The notes: generated by a model not told the origin, from the sequence alone. 64,000 nucleotides of DNA from Octopus vulgaris (GCA_951406725.2 OX597828.1:58218001-58282000), one strand, 5' to 3'; numbered from the stretch's first letter, positions 12,678-26,180 are shown. Made by a program: numbers and translations.

Positions 12678-13545
12678 TCATCATCATCATCATTTAACGT
12701 CTGCTTTCCATGCTAGCATGGGTTGGACGCTTTGACTGAGGTCTGGCGAACCAGACTCCAATCTGATCTGGCAGAGTTTCTACAGCTGGATGTCCTTCCT
12801 AACGCCAACCACTCCGAGAGTGTAGTGGGTGCTCTTTACGTGCCACCAGCACGGGCATGAATGTTATTTCACAGTTCCTGGTTTCTTTCTTCAAACTTTT
12901 AAGATATTATTTGTCTGTCTGCTTGCTATCCATCTATCAATCAGTCTGTCTTTCTCAGCCTCTCTCTCTGTCTCTCTCTCTCTCTCCTTTAACCAATATG
13001 CATTCAAGGGAAAAGGTTTCATTAATAATAATTGCTCAAATGTATTTCTATGGGAGTTTAATTATATCTCAATGCTGCCACATTTTAGAAACTATAAACT
13101 GAAAGAAATTGTTATACTGGTGCTGTTTTATCATCATCACTATCTTCCGCCTCCTCTGCCTCTGCATCCTCTCCATCATCATCGTCGTCATTGTCATTGT
13201 CGTCGTCATCATCATCATGTCTTCTCAGAAACTTACTTCTTTTTATTTTCTTCCATTGACATGAAACTTCAAAAATTTTAGACAATTAGTGACTTTTATG
13301 CGTTTTGTGAGAGTAATAGTGGTATAAAGAGAAAGGAAATGACACCAATTGGAAGTGAAAACAAGGTCACTGACTCACAGGAAGTTCATTTCTCAAGCAC
13401 TTCGAGTTAATAATAATAGTCTCTACACAGGAGCAAGAATTCAAACTTTGGGGAAGTAGAAAATTGTTTAACTCAACCTCAGTACTTGAATACCACTTAT
13501 TTTATGGACCCTAAGATAAGGCAAAATGGACCTCAGTGAGATATT

Positions 13546-13930
13546 GTGGGGCTGTGGGGAAAGGTGCCTTGATTGAAGTATAGGGTCAGTGACATCATGA
13601 GAACAGCTGAGAGGCCTTGCCAGAAGGATAGGAGTAGGTGAGGTCACAGAGACGTCCTTTTGGCAAAGCCCCTCAGCCCCTCATGTGATGTTTGAAAGAG
13701 ATCAATAATATGAGAGGACTTGTGAGGCAGCTGGGCTGTGCTTTCTCTCTTACGACAAAAGCTATTTTGGCCTAGAGCCTCAGTCCAAAAACAAAAGAGG
13801 TCCACGCCTGTTGTTTTTTAGCTCATCTGACATCACTGACTCCTGTCCTTCGAGCAAGACCCTTCGGCCACTTGCATGATGTCACTGACCCTATACATCT
13901 AGTAACCTGTCCCCCACTAGCACCTCTTAC
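13546..13930. mobile_element. Foldback/MITE-like element with long imperfect inverted arms and TGT...ACA ends
   Basis: TATAGGGTCAGTGACATCATG (about 13579) versus CATGATGTCACTGACCCTATA (about 13875), with arms extending on both sides. No clear TSD. Confidence 0.55.
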
Positions 13931-14947
13931 AGACTTTGAATGTAAAAGAAAGGGACTAAATTCTCAATACCTACTATCTGCAAATGAAATCTACCAATTC
14001 TGCTTATCAACTAATTTTACCATCAACCACACTTCTTGGTATTAATAATAACAACAACAATATGTATATATGGATGGTATGGCCATGGGATTACAAAGCT
14101 CTCTTTGCAGCCATGTACTTTTGTCTTTAGTCTTTTGTCTTTAGTCTCACTGCACAGCACATTGGACAAGGGTCTTCTACTGTGGGTCCGATCCCATCAA
14201 TACAATAACTTATGAGTGCATTTCCACTCGCAAGGCTTTGGTCAGCCCGAGGCTTTAGTAGAAGACATTTGTCCAAGGTGCCACGTAGTGGGACTGAACC
14301 CGAAACCATGTGGTTTGTAAGCAAGCTACTAACCACACAGCCACTCCTGCATAAATGTATGCATGAATGTATGTATGGACGCATGCAAAAACATGAGTAA
14401 ATGGATGTAGAATGACAATAACATGTTTGGGTGTATTTGCATTTGTGTGTGTATATGTGTGCGTGTATTTGTGGTAACGAGGATTCAGTGTGTATTTATA
14501 CTGACTGTGGGAGGGGCTTCCTTGCCCAGATTGGCCTCACCAGCCACCTCCGGTCTCATAGCGGCAGTTCCACCAGATGATGTCAATGGTCATCTTCGAA
14601 CCCGAAGGATGAACATTATATTATTATATACTGACAGAGCTAGAAGGGGATGCCAAAGCGTTCATGATAACGGTACTATGTAATGATTAATTAAATTGAT
14701 TTTGTTGACTAAGTAAAAATCTATATTGAAAATATTACAAGTAGAAGACAGATTGAAACAAAAGATTGCATAATTTTTTTCAACAACTATGAATATTGGT
14801 ACATCATTCCGTTTCTTATACTTTTCACTTGTTGACACAAATACAAAAATTTATTAGTAATTTTAATAAATGAAACAATTGATTGAACAATCTAAAAATA
14901 GCTTGGCAATAATACTTTTGATAAAATAACAATGGTATAGTGATATC

Positions 14948-15682
14948 TATTTACTCTTTTACTTGTTTCAGTCATTTGACTGTGGCCATGCTGGAGCAAT
15001 GCCTTTAGTTGAGCAAATCGACCCCAGGACTTATTCTTTGTAAGCCTAGTACTTATTCCATCGGTCTCATATATATATACGATGAGTTTCTTTCAGTTTC
15101 CATCTACCAAATCCACTCACAAGGCTTTGGTTGGCCCGAGGCTATAGTAGAAGACACTTGCCCAAGGTGCCAAGTAGTGGGACTGAACCCAGAACCATGT
15201 GGTTTGTAAGCAAGCTACTTACCACACAGCCACTCCTGCGTATGTATGCATGAATGTAAATTAACAATGGTATAGTGATATCTCTTTACTCTTTTACTCT
15301 TTTACTTGTTTCAGTCATTTGACTGTGGCCATGCTGGAGCACTGCCTTTAGTCGAGCAAATCGACCGCAGGACTTATTCTTTGTAAGCCTAGTACTTATT
15401 CTATCGGTCTCTTTTGCTGAACTGCTAAGTTACGGAGACATAAACACACCAGCATTGGTTATCAAGCAATGTTGGGAAGGGACAAACATAGACACACAAA
15501 CACACACACGCATATACATATATACGATGGGCTTCTTTCAGTTTCCGCCTACCAAATCCACTCACAAGGCTTTGGCCAGCTTGAGGCTATAGTAGAAGAT
15601 ACTTGCCAAGGTGCCATGCTGTGGGACTGAACCCGGAACCATGTGGTTTGTAAGCAAGCTACTTACCACACAGCCACTCCTA
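14948..15682 (-). mobile_element. Two tandem SINE family A copies (14948-15240 internally deleted; 15283-15682)
   Basis: Homology to 36502-36897. Confidence 0.85.
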
Positions 15683-16027
15683 CTCTTATGTTGTCAATAG
15701 AGAACTAATATATAGATTTTCAATACTACCATTGTTCTTCCAATACAATGTATGTTGATAACTGCACAACCGTCAGTGCACTGTTGTACTCTTCTCAATA
15801 AACTACTGAGCTGTTATCAACAAATGACCGCATTCATCCACCATCTTACTCTCAAATACATCATTGCTGGAATAACTTTGAAGTTTAGTCTGAAGGCACA
15901 TGGCTTAATGGTTAGAGCATCGGGCTCACAATCATGATGTAGTGAGTTTGATTCCAGGAGTGGTCTGTGTGTTGTGTTCTTGACTGACAGAGAACCAGAG
16001 ACTATTAATATTAGAACTTACTATTAA

Positions 16028-16273
16028 CCCTTTTACTGCAGAAATCAGATATATCCACCCACTCAAAAATTCACTTTCTCTTAATGGAGAAAACCAGTTT
16101 TAAGTACAAGTCTACCTTTTGCTAAGGAATATCATATTTGAAACCATCTTTTGTTGAGATATGTCAAGTTTGCTGAGGCTACATGACTTGCAGAAAATAC
16201 CAATTTTATTTTTTGGTAGATATTTAGCATCATTACTGGAATAATTTGGAAATTTTATTTTGCAGTTAAAGGG
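16028..16273. mobile_element. piggyBac-like MITE (second family)
   Basis: TTAA|CCCTTTTACTGCAGAAAT...ATTTTGCAGTTAAAGGG|TTAC. Confidence 0.65.
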
Positions 16274-17164
16274 TTACTAAAGCACTATCTTGCTGAGAAT
16301 GCATTTCTTCTTCTGATTCCCAGATTCTGATGGAATTATAGTGACTATCATAAGATGCTGAGTGGATAAAAAGACAACAAACTCTCAGTAGCCAATATCA
16401 ACCAGTTCAGTTAGTAAACTACAGCTATCATCCGGAAACAGGGTTTACACAGGCGAGATATTTCAGCTCACAAAAGACCCCTGAATCCAACTCAGACCAG
16501 GCATTTATGTCTCAGCCCTTGATTTGGATGTCTGGCATGGAAGAGTTACATTGGTTCCGGCAAGTTGCTTAACCTGGAGGGCTTAGTATTTGAATGTCAC
16601 TATACTAATACTTTACTACCAATACAATTACTTTGCTTATAATTAAACTACTTGTTCATGCTATATTTTCAATTAATAATTAATTGCTTTTATTTTCTAT
16701 CTTATACTTGTTTCAGGCATTGGACTGCAGCCATGCTGGGACACCACTTTGAAGGGTTTTAGTCAAACAAGTTTACCCTAGGACTTAGGGGTGGGATTGG
16801 TGTTTTTTTTTTAAAGTCTGGTACTTATTTTATCAGTCTTTTTCTATAACTGCTAAGTTACAAGGGACATAAACAAACCAACTCTGGTTGTCAAGCCGAG
16901 ACAGAGGACAAACAGCACAAACACACACACATACATGCTTGCATACACACAATGCACATATGCACACACAAACAGTGTGCACACACACACGCACACAAAT
17001 CAGGCTTCTTCAGTTTTCTCCAACCAAATTCACTCAAAGGGCATTGGCCAAGCTGCAGCTATAGAAGAAGATACTTACACGAGGTACTGTGCAGTGGAAC
17101 TGAACCAGAAACACACAGCTGCAAAGTGAGTTTCCTAACCACGCAGGCATGCCTGCCATATATA

Positions 17165-18362
17165 CAGAATGCGGTGAATATATTGTCGTCTAAATTATGC
17201 AAAAATGAAATTAACACTGACATCTCATTTTAACAGATATATTTACCAAAATTACATAAAAATATCTTGAAATTCTAAAGAGTTAAATTTATTCAATAAA
17301 ATCGCCATTGGCTTCAACCATGACCTCCAGACGACTTCAAAATCTCCTGCAATTCTGGAAACAAGGTGTTTTGTTCAGCATCCTTAAACAAACCTTATTC
17401 AGAGACCTTTTGAGTGGGATGGGCTACTCAGCCTGAAGAAAACTCTAACTGGACCCCACCTGCAAAGTCATATACTGTTTATCTTGATACAAAGTCACCA
17501 TGTCATGCACAAATGGTTGTAAAGCATGTGCCTGATGTACCCTTACCAGACAGGTAGTCATGATGGGTATACTGGACTTTGTATATCTGTACCACAGAGT
17601 CACTTTGATGGCATGAGCTGCTCTCTCATTCAATAATAAAATAACAATGGTATAGTGATATGTCTTCTGGACAGTCCCTTTGTTCAAGTTGATGAATGCT
17701 GCTATAATCCTTGCCTTCAGTTCATCTTTGGTGTTACAAGGAGTTTTGTTGGTCTCTCACTCAACTGCACCCCACGCATAATAATCCTGGGAGTTGCTGT
17801 GTGAGGAGTTAGGTGGCTAGATGTTAGGGGTGATGTGGTTGCAGAAATTGTCTGACAGCCACGACTGGGTTCTCCTGCTTGGGTGGCACGTTGCAGAGTC
17901 CTGTTGCCAGACACAGGGTCTTTCTGTAGCCATCCTCTTCACCCAGGGCAGCACTACCTCCTCCAGGCACTTGATGTAGGCTTCCGTGTTGAGTCTGAGG
18001 TTGTGTGGGAAGATAAAGGAGGCATAATGCTGCTTTCACTAGTGATCACTCCAAACACCGTGATGTTGATTGGATGTTTGATTTTTATCATTCTCAGTAC
18101 ATGTTTTGGAGACACAGCAAGCCAACGGTTGTTCTGTGTGTTCACCATCTATTTGTATTGGAGCTTCCAGCACGAATGCCAAGGAGTACAGCATGTTGTT
18201 TCCGAATTTCTGGCAGAGTGAATTGCGTCATGGTGCTGTTTTTCTCACAGACAGTGCCCAACTGACCCTACTGTACTGTGTTTCCAACAAAATCAAAAAC
18301 AAACACTGCACATGCACAAAATTAAAAATGTAAAATGGTGACAACATACTCATTGCACCCAG
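17165..18362 (-). mobile_element. Decayed Tc1/mariner-superfamily (maT/DD37D-like) transposon, interrupted by a LINE-tail insertion at about 17365-17640
   Basis: Minus-strand frames give NTQNNRWLA..KHPINITVFGVITSE..MPP, then WQQDSATCH and WPPNS-like catalytic motifs with frameshifts. TA-flanked degenerate TIRs: CAGAATGCGGTGAATATATTGTC and CTGGGTGCAATGAGTATGTTGTC. Confidence 0.75.
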
Positions 18363-19099
18363 TATGTGTGTGTGTGTGTGTGTGTGTGTGTCTGTGTGTC
18401 TGCCTGTCTGTCTGTTTGTGTCTGTGTGTCTGTGTCTCTGTGTGTGCGCGCGTGTACTATAACTACATTTGCTGATTGAATTCAGTTCCTTGTGTTTCAG
18501 AATGCTATTAATGTCAAAACTATGTCCCATGACATCAGAAATATGTTTGCTAACATATTTGTTGATAAAAGCTGTATGAAGAATATTTCCGATCAATGAC
18601 CAGACAGAAACATTAGACTCGGTGAATAATTTATTAAGATAAATTAGAACAATTCCTACAAAGAATTATTTCCATGTAGCAGCTAGTTACGCAATCAGTA
18701 TTGCATGCAATCCAAAATCTCCCAGGTATTGAAGAAATGTTGAGAACTAGTGTTTAACTCTAGTTTTACACAGCATGAAACAGAAACTTAAACCTCCCTC
18801 CCTGCCACCTCCAAGGCGAAGTGGCCAAGTTTCTTTTGAGTGTTGGGCCTCACGGAGACAATGACCAAGACCTTTGGCATTATGTTGTGCTTGAGAAGAA
18901 GAAGACCCATCAAGCCGAGCAAAATTGCAGTCGTGGCAGATACTGGTGTCATGCAAATGGCACGTAAAAGCACCTATTACACTCTCAGAGTAGTTGGCAT
19001 TAGGAAGTGCATCCAGCTTTCTCCAGAACCATTGTGTTGGGAAGCAAGCTTCTCACCACACAGCCACACCTGCACCTAAAAGATAAAAAAATACAAAAT

Positions 19100-19763
19100 T
19101 GATCCTGGATTTAGAGAGACAAGCCTAATGTCATAAGGCACTTTTTTGGTGTAGCACCTTTTGAGACAACTCAAGCAGTAGAAACACCCTTCCTGACCTG
19201 CTCCAAAGAAAGCCAAGGTCATTTGATCTGCAGTGAAGGTGATGGCCTCAGTTTTTTGGGGATGCAAAAGGTACTGTGTTTATTGACTATCTTCAAAAGG
19301 GTCACACCATCAATGGAGAGTACTATGCCAACTTGCTGAAGCAGTTATGAAAGGCTATCAAGACCAAATGCCTAAGAAAACTGACGAAAGGGGTTTTGTT
19401 TCATCAGGACAATGCTCCAGCACACAAGACCTTGGTTTCAATAGCTGCTGTGGTTTTGAACAGGTTGATCACCCTCCCTATTTTCCCGATTTGGCTCCAT
19501 CTGACTATCGTCTGTTCCCCAACATAAAGAAAAAAACCCCACTTAGCTGGGAACCAGCATTGCATTGATAGTCATGTTATATCTGCTGGTGAGGACTTTG
19601 TTGACCAACAGGATGAAAGCCTCACCGATGGGATCTAAGTGCTGCAGCACTAATGGAATAAGTGTGTGGACTGCAAGAGGAACTATGTTGAAGAATAAAC
19701 ATCATTTGGTCACATTCCATGAGAGTATCTTAATCAGCCTATGAACTTTTCAGGCAAACTTCT
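19100..19763 (+). mobile_element. Mariner (DD34D) transposase pseudogene fragment
   Basis: Translates to KVMASVFWDAKGTVFIDYLQKGHTINGEYY..., FHQDNAPAH and HPPYFPDLAPSDYRLF (YSPDLAPxD motif), with stops and frameshifts. Confidence 0.92.
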
Positions 19764-19811
19764 ACTGAAGGTATCCATTTGATTCCTGGGAACCATTGCC
19801 ATATTTAGATC

Positions 19812-20043
19812 TATTTCTTTACTACCCACAAGGGGCTAAACACAGAGAGGACAAACAAGGACAGACAAACGGATTAAGTCGATTATATCGACCCCAGTGT
19901 GTAACTGGTACTTATTTAATCGACCCCGAAAGGATGAAAGGCAAAGTCGACCTCGGCGAAATTTGAACTCAGAATGTAACGGCAGACGAAATACGGCTAC
20001 CAATTTTGCCTGGCGTGCAAACGGTTCTGCCAGCTCGCCACCT
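19812..20043 (-). mobile_element. tRNA-derived SINE family B
   Basis: Reverse complement of 20695-20930. Confidence 0.85.
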
Positions 20044-20615
20044 AAGTTATATAAATAAAGTTTGATGATGGTGGTGGTGGTGGTGGTGCACAAGTTTTCT
20101 TAAAACTTGAAAATGTGTATGCTTTAAGAGACGTTTGAGGCTGGGAGGCTCTCAGCCAGTCATAGGCAATATGTGACGCATGGGATTTACCTGAATGGCA
20201 CAGCTAAATGGATAATTACTTTGAATTATTTTTAGTAGTATGGCCCACCTAATGATGAGCCATATCTCATGCAGCCAGCTTTTTGGGGAAAAATTTTTCT
20301 TGTTTACTTTTAGCCGTAGCCTGCTTAGCTTATGTCTAAATCCATCATATTCAACTTACTGGAAGATATAAATGCAGGTACTGCAACTTGCCAAAATAAT
20401 TATCAATTACATAGTGACCAGCTGTTTACAATATTCACCTTCTTTGTAAGAACATTTATTTGGAGAAATTTATAATTTTTTAAATTAACAAAAAAAAAAA
20501 AAATCTCTTCAGATAAAAGAGAGGAGAGAGAAAGTGAGAAAGATAGAGAGAAAAAATTGAGGCATAGAAAGAAAAGAGCGAGATATAAAGAGAAAGAAAG
20601 AGAAAAACGGTGAAA

Positions 20616-20617
<2 letters not shown>

Positions 20618-20679
<62 letters not shown>
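20618..20679. repeat. (GA)n microsatellite
   Basis: Direct reading. Confidence 0.95.
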
Positions 20680-20684
<5 letters not shown>

Positions 20685-20694
20685 TAAACAGAGA

Positions 20695-21092
20695 GCAGCG
20701 AGCTGGCAGAAACGGTAGCACGCCGGGCGAAATGCTTAGCAGTATTTCGTCTGTCTTTACGTTCTGAGTTCAAATTCCGCCGAGGTCGACTTTGCTTTTC
20801 ATCCTTTCGGGGTCGATTAAATAAGTACCAGTTACGCACTGGGGTCGATATAATCGACTTAATCCGTTTGTCTGTCCTTGTTTGTCCTCTCTGTGTTTAG
20901 CCCCTTGTGGGTAGTAAAGAAATAAGTATTTCGTCTGTCTTTACGTTCTGAGTTCAAACTCCGCCGAGGTCGACTTTGCCTTTCATCATTTCGGGGTCGA
21001 TAAATTAAGTACCAGTTGCGTACTGGAGTCGATGTAATCGACTGATCCCCTCCCCAACAATTTCGGGCCTTGTACCTAGAGTAGAAAAGGAT
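20695..21092 (+). mobile_element. tRNA-derived SINE family B, dimeric, CpG-rich (young or unmethylated); central domain resembles the Meta-SINE domain
   Basis: Box A-like GCTGGCAGAAACGGTAGCA, box B GAGTTCAAATTC, then GCCTTTCATC(C/A)TTTCGGGGTCGATAAATTAAGTACCAG-type domain twice. Other copies near 10370, 11222, 11625, 32030, 34560, 50230 and 62935. Confidence 0.85.
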
Positions 21093-21371
21093 AAATAGAG
21101 AGAGAGAAAAGAAAATTAGTGGTAAGCAATTCCGAACAGCAGTGGTTGGGTTTGAACCCCGATTTAACTGTAGCCGTGCAGCTAAACGAGTAGCTTCCCT
21201 TAACTGGAAAGCCATCTCCGATGCTCTGCTTTCATCTCTCCTTTGCTCCACTCACACCTTCTGTCTCTCCTCGCTTCCACTCCCAATATTTCTTCTCATT
21301 AGGAGCGACTACTGACTTCGTCGACGGCCTCCTTGCTTACTCCCAGGAAATGTTATTCCACACCTAACGAG

Positions 21372-21389
21372 ATGCCGATCAAAGCTAAG
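21372..21389 (+). CDS. CCDC28: Probable first coding exon of CCDC28 (MPIKAK); 5' UTR likely extends upstream to about 21150-21300
   Basis: ATG CCG ATC AAA GCT AAG|GTGAGA is a strong phase-0 donor. It joins in frame to the phase-0 acceptor at 56766 (GAG ATC CCA AAG ATG...). CpG-retaining, SINE-poor region. Inferred without transcript data. Confidence 0.5.
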
Positions 21390-22297
21390 GTGAGAACTCT
21401 TTGCTTTTTTTTACTCTTTCTCTGGCATTTTTAATTTATGAAATTTATTCTTTCCTGCAGATCGGGTTTTGTTTCATTTTTAGTGATTAAACATTTAGAT
21501 ATTGAAAATAATCTTTAAAAAAACCCACACAAACATAACCACATATACACATTTTCGTATATCTCACAGATTTCCTGACACTCACGCACGAAACACAAAC
21601 AGAATTATTGATTGAGTAGTTTTTGTTTATGCTACACATCTGATCTGTTTCTTGGGGGGGGGGGGGTGAAAATAATTAATGAATTAAACGTGGATTTCTA
21701 AGCTAAACTCCAATCAACTTGTTCAGAAAAAGTGAAAACACAAAGAAAATCTATTTTTATTAACTAATCTTTACATAAAACTCATCTCAAGGTTTTCACA
21801 AAACGTAGTTTATTTACCTTTTTATTTTAATTACTTCCTCGATTTTTCATCGATTTTCTCTACAATAATTGTTATAACAATTGCAACTACATACAACAAC
21901 AAAATACAGCAATATTTCGTTTAATGTTTTAAATTTTGGAGTTGGTAGGTTCTAAGTTTTGTTTTTGTTTTCTTGTTTTTATGCCAAGCTCCAAATATTA
22001 ACAATAAGTAAACCTCTACGTGGTGTTCGACCTGCTAGACATAGCTGTCAAATCTCATTTAAATAACTCAATACTTAATGTATATATATAAAAAAAAGAT
22101 GTAGTCGGGAGTAAACAATGCCTTATAAAAGAATTTTTTTTTTAAGTGGGTGGACGATGGACATTGATAGAATTCCTTTGATCCTAAATAGATTTGTTCC
22201 GTCGGGGTTGCCAGGACCAAACAACAACATTGAAAATAACCCGTTCTTGCTCACATTCACACACCTGACTTCATCATAATTTTGCGTTCGATACCGC

Positions 22298-22338
<41 letters not shown>

Positions 22339-22493
22339 TTATCCGTCTATCTATCTGTCTATCTGTCTATCTATCAATCTATCTGTCTATCTGTCTATCT
22401 ATCAATCTATCTATCTGTCTATCTATCTATCTATCTATCTGTCTATCTATCAATCTATCTGTCTATCTGTCTATCTATCAATCTATCTATCTG

Positions 22494-22535
<42 letters not shown>

Positions 22536-22620
22536 AATCTATCTATCTATCCATCTATCTATCTACCTATCTATCTACCTACCTACCTATCTGTCTATCT
22601 ACCTACCTACCTACCTATCA

Positions 22621-22665
<45 letters not shown>

Positions 22666-22682
22666 CCTACCTACCTACCTAC

Positions 22683-22729
<47 letters not shown>

Positions 22730-22770
22730 CCTACCTACCTACCTACCTATCTATCTATCTATCTATCTAC

Positions 22771-22817
<47 letters not shown>

Positions 22818-22945
22818 CCTACCTACCTACCTACCTACCTATCTATCTATCTATCTATCTATCTATCGAGTGAGCGAGCGATCTATCTATCTGTCTGTCT
22901 GTCCATCCATCCATCTATCTATCTACCCATCTATCTATCCATCGC
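22298..22945. repeat. Complex (TCTA)n/(CCTA)n/(TCTG)n tetranucleotide array
   Basis: Direct reading. Explains the spurious ORF 22282-22953. Confidence 0.95.
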
Positions 22946-25387
22946 ATGCATAATAATAAGCATGATTCCTAGGATTGCTACTGTATGTATTACAGAGGTG
23001 TTCAGCGCTATACACTCGTCCCACCTCCCAAAACACGAAGAAACCATAGCGAAAGAGGATGTGAAAAGTTACTACCTTCCGCTGACTCATAAATAATTGT
23101 TCCTGCACGACTGATGTTGATATAAAGTTGGTCGAATGTACACTGGCAACAACACTTTATCTTCTAAATAAATATCAGAGGATCCATTTTTAACGTTAGC
23201 TGCAATTTTCTGTCTATGAATTCTTAAAGTAAAAAGAGAATTATGCAAATTCAAAACAAACCCATCAGCACCAACAGAGACAGGCACAGATGGTTGATGT
23301 TGTTTGTTTGCTACTAGCACTGGCTTTCCTGTATCTCTAACATCGTTTGATCAGCCTTTGATGAATTCTATTTTCATTTTCACCAACATCCAACTCATTC
23401 ATAGACGCTCAGCTGCAAAAAAGCTCGAGTTCTGCAATTCTTTGACTCTGGGATAATTTATCCCCGAGGAGAAATTTCAAGATTCCAAGAGGAAATTCGA
23501 CGATTCGAGTGAGGAAATAGTTTTGGCTTGTAAAAATTCTTTGTCGTTATTTTGTAAGATTTTCATTTGATGTTGATTTTAAGGATTTTAATTTAATTGT
23601 TAAATTAATATAAGTCGTTTTAAATGTTATGCAATAAATTGTGGTTGCATACAAATCTACTTTCTCGTATCATATATTGTAGGAAAATCGTTATGGTAAA
23701 TTAGAAAAAGGGTCGAATATAGGGGAAAGGAAGGTTAGTCGTTTTGATTAAGAAAAGATCGATAAAATAAATACCAGTAATAAAGGGCTTCGATCAGTTT
23801 TACCCTTCCTCTATCATAGAATTGGTCTTGCGTATAATCAAAAGGAATTGCTTTTATTTTCTTAAACAACAAAGCCACTCGGCAGCACAACTTGCATTTC
23901 AAAAAAAGTAGAATCGAAAGAGTTAAGTTATGCCGTCGTATAAATTCCTTTCCCATTTATTTTTTTGGTGCTGGGGGTGGGGATTTAGAATTCCGAAGAA
24001 CTAAGGTGAAGGTAGCTACAGACTGAAGATCGGTTCTGACCTCCAAAAGGAAACGGTAAGATCACTGAGTCAGAGAAGAAATATTTCTGACAGAGGCACA
24101 AGGCCTCGTTTAAAAAGAATGGAACTGGATTCTGTGGCGTTCATGTTTTCTCGAAGACATTAGCGGCTTTAACTGGGAAGCTAAGCAAAATGTAACGAAA
24201 GCCAATGTCAAACGAGGTGTCTTTGTATTTATTATATTTATGTATGGCGGGTGTAGGGGTGGGGTGGGGTGGGCTTGTTTTGTTCGTCGAAGAACAATTC
24301 TTTGAAGGATGGGTTAGACGGATAAAAAGGATAAAAACACTTTGAAAGACGAAGTAATCAGTGTTTCGAACTGTTCTAAACATGGAGGAATAAATATATT
24401 AAAAGAGAAAGATTGGTAGATAAGGGGTTAAATATAAAAAGGAATGCGTTTATCAAAGTAGGTGAGTACGTAGTTTATCCCACAATATTAAAAGGGAAAT
24501 TTCTCATGGCTGTAACAAATTTAACAAACACACAGGTAGCTAAATACATTCACACATTGTTAGAAAAACAAACACGTGTCGCGTGCGCATAGCACATCAT
24601 TACTCAATGGTGAAATTCCTCAAAAGCGCATGTCCTTCTGTTGACATGTACATGTTATTGTTTTTTTAGCCCTAGGTTGAGATTGGTTGAACGAAGTTTT
24701 GATAAAACATATGCTTATCTGTAGCCACCCCGATCATATAGGAATGTCTGATGACTTCATTATTTAATGTGAAATTTTACTTGAAAGAAAACAGGACTGT
24801 ACGAACAACGAAAATTGAGGGTTTTTTTTCACTTGAATGTATTCTGATAAGGAGGGTCCTCTACAAATGGATAATCGTTCTACTGGAACAATATTATCAA
24901 GCAGAAAAGCAGAACTGACATAAAATGATTTTAGCTATTGTGTATGTTTGCCTGCGTATATCACCAATCGCACCTACCATTGCCCAGGCGTGCACACACA
25001 CATACACGTTCAAATACATACATCATTATTAACGACTTTTTTCCGTGCTGGCATGGTTGGCCGTTATTTTCCTGAGCTGGTGAACCAGAGAACTGCATGA
25101 AGCTCCAGTGTCTGCTTTGGCATGGTTTCTATGGCTGGATGCCCTTCCTAATGCCAACCACTTTACTGAGTGTACTGGATGCTTTTTCGTGGCATTGCTA
25201 CCAGTGAAGTCACCAAGCAACACCAAGGAGTGTAGTTCCCAGCCGATGGGAAATTAAAGGGTTAATCAAACTAATATTCAATTTTTTACCCTTATTATTA
25301 AAAATATACATATATATATATATATAAATATATATATATGTATATTTTTAATAATAAGAGTAAAAAATTGAATATTAATTTGATTAA

Positions 25388-25609
25388 CCCTTTCGTTACC
25401 AACCCAGCTGAAACCGGCTCTGGTTCTGAGTACAAATGTCTTGTTTTCATAAATTTTTTGAATTAAAATCTTCCACCAAACCTTAGTCACAATTTATGTT
25501 CGTAACACTAGCTTAATTATAACTAAGTTATTTTACTAAATTCTTTGTTATATTTAAAGTAATTGAAAAGAACACAGAGCATCTCAAAATAAATGCAGTA
25601 ACGAAAGGG
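25388..25609. mobile_element. piggyBac-like MITE, intact
   Basis: TTAA|CCCTTTCGTTAC...GTAACGAAAGGG|TTAA. A second copy in opposite orientation lies at 59239-59780. Confidence 0.9.
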
Positions 25610-25674
25610 TTAATATCAATTTAAAACCAGTGGTCTAGAATATAAAAGTCTGAAGGTTCAGAAAACTATATTAC

Positions 25675-25856
25675 ATCCATATAAGAGGGATGACCACTAC
25701 GTGGAGATCCCTTATGTTAGAAGTAGATCCGTTTATGGTCTTACCACTAGCATTTGCTAGATTTTTTCTTGAGAACATTCCTTTCATAGCGGTAAGACCG
25801 TAACGGATCTACTTCTAGCATAAGGGTTGTCCACATAGTGGTGATCCCTCTTATAT

Positions 25857-25860
<4 letters not shown>
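25675..25860. repeat. About 70-bp imperfect inverted repeat ending in (TA)n
   Basis: ATCCATATAAGAGGGATGACCACTACGTGG...GGTCTTACC versus GGTAAGACC...GATCCCTCTTATATGGAT. Confidence 0.8.
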
Positions 25861-25900
<40 letters not shown>

Positions 25901-26139
25901 GTAGATGCATATATTTATGTGTGTGTGTTTTTATGTTTGTGTCCCTCCCCACTGTTTGACAATCAGTGGTGCCCTTGTAACTTAATGGTTTAGCCATAAG
26001 AGTACCAAGCTCAGGAAAAAAGAAACAAGATAAATACTGGGGTTCTGTTTTTTTTTTAACTAAAACCCTACAGAATGGTGCCTCTGCAAGCTGCAGTCCA
26101 TTCACTGAAACAAGTAAAAGATATGTGTGCATGTATAAA

Positions 26140-26167
<28 letters not shown>

Positions 26168-26180
<13 letters not shown>

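Noticed and set aside
22282-22953. 223-aa SIYL-repeat ORF
   Set aside because: Translation of a (TCTA)n microsatellite.
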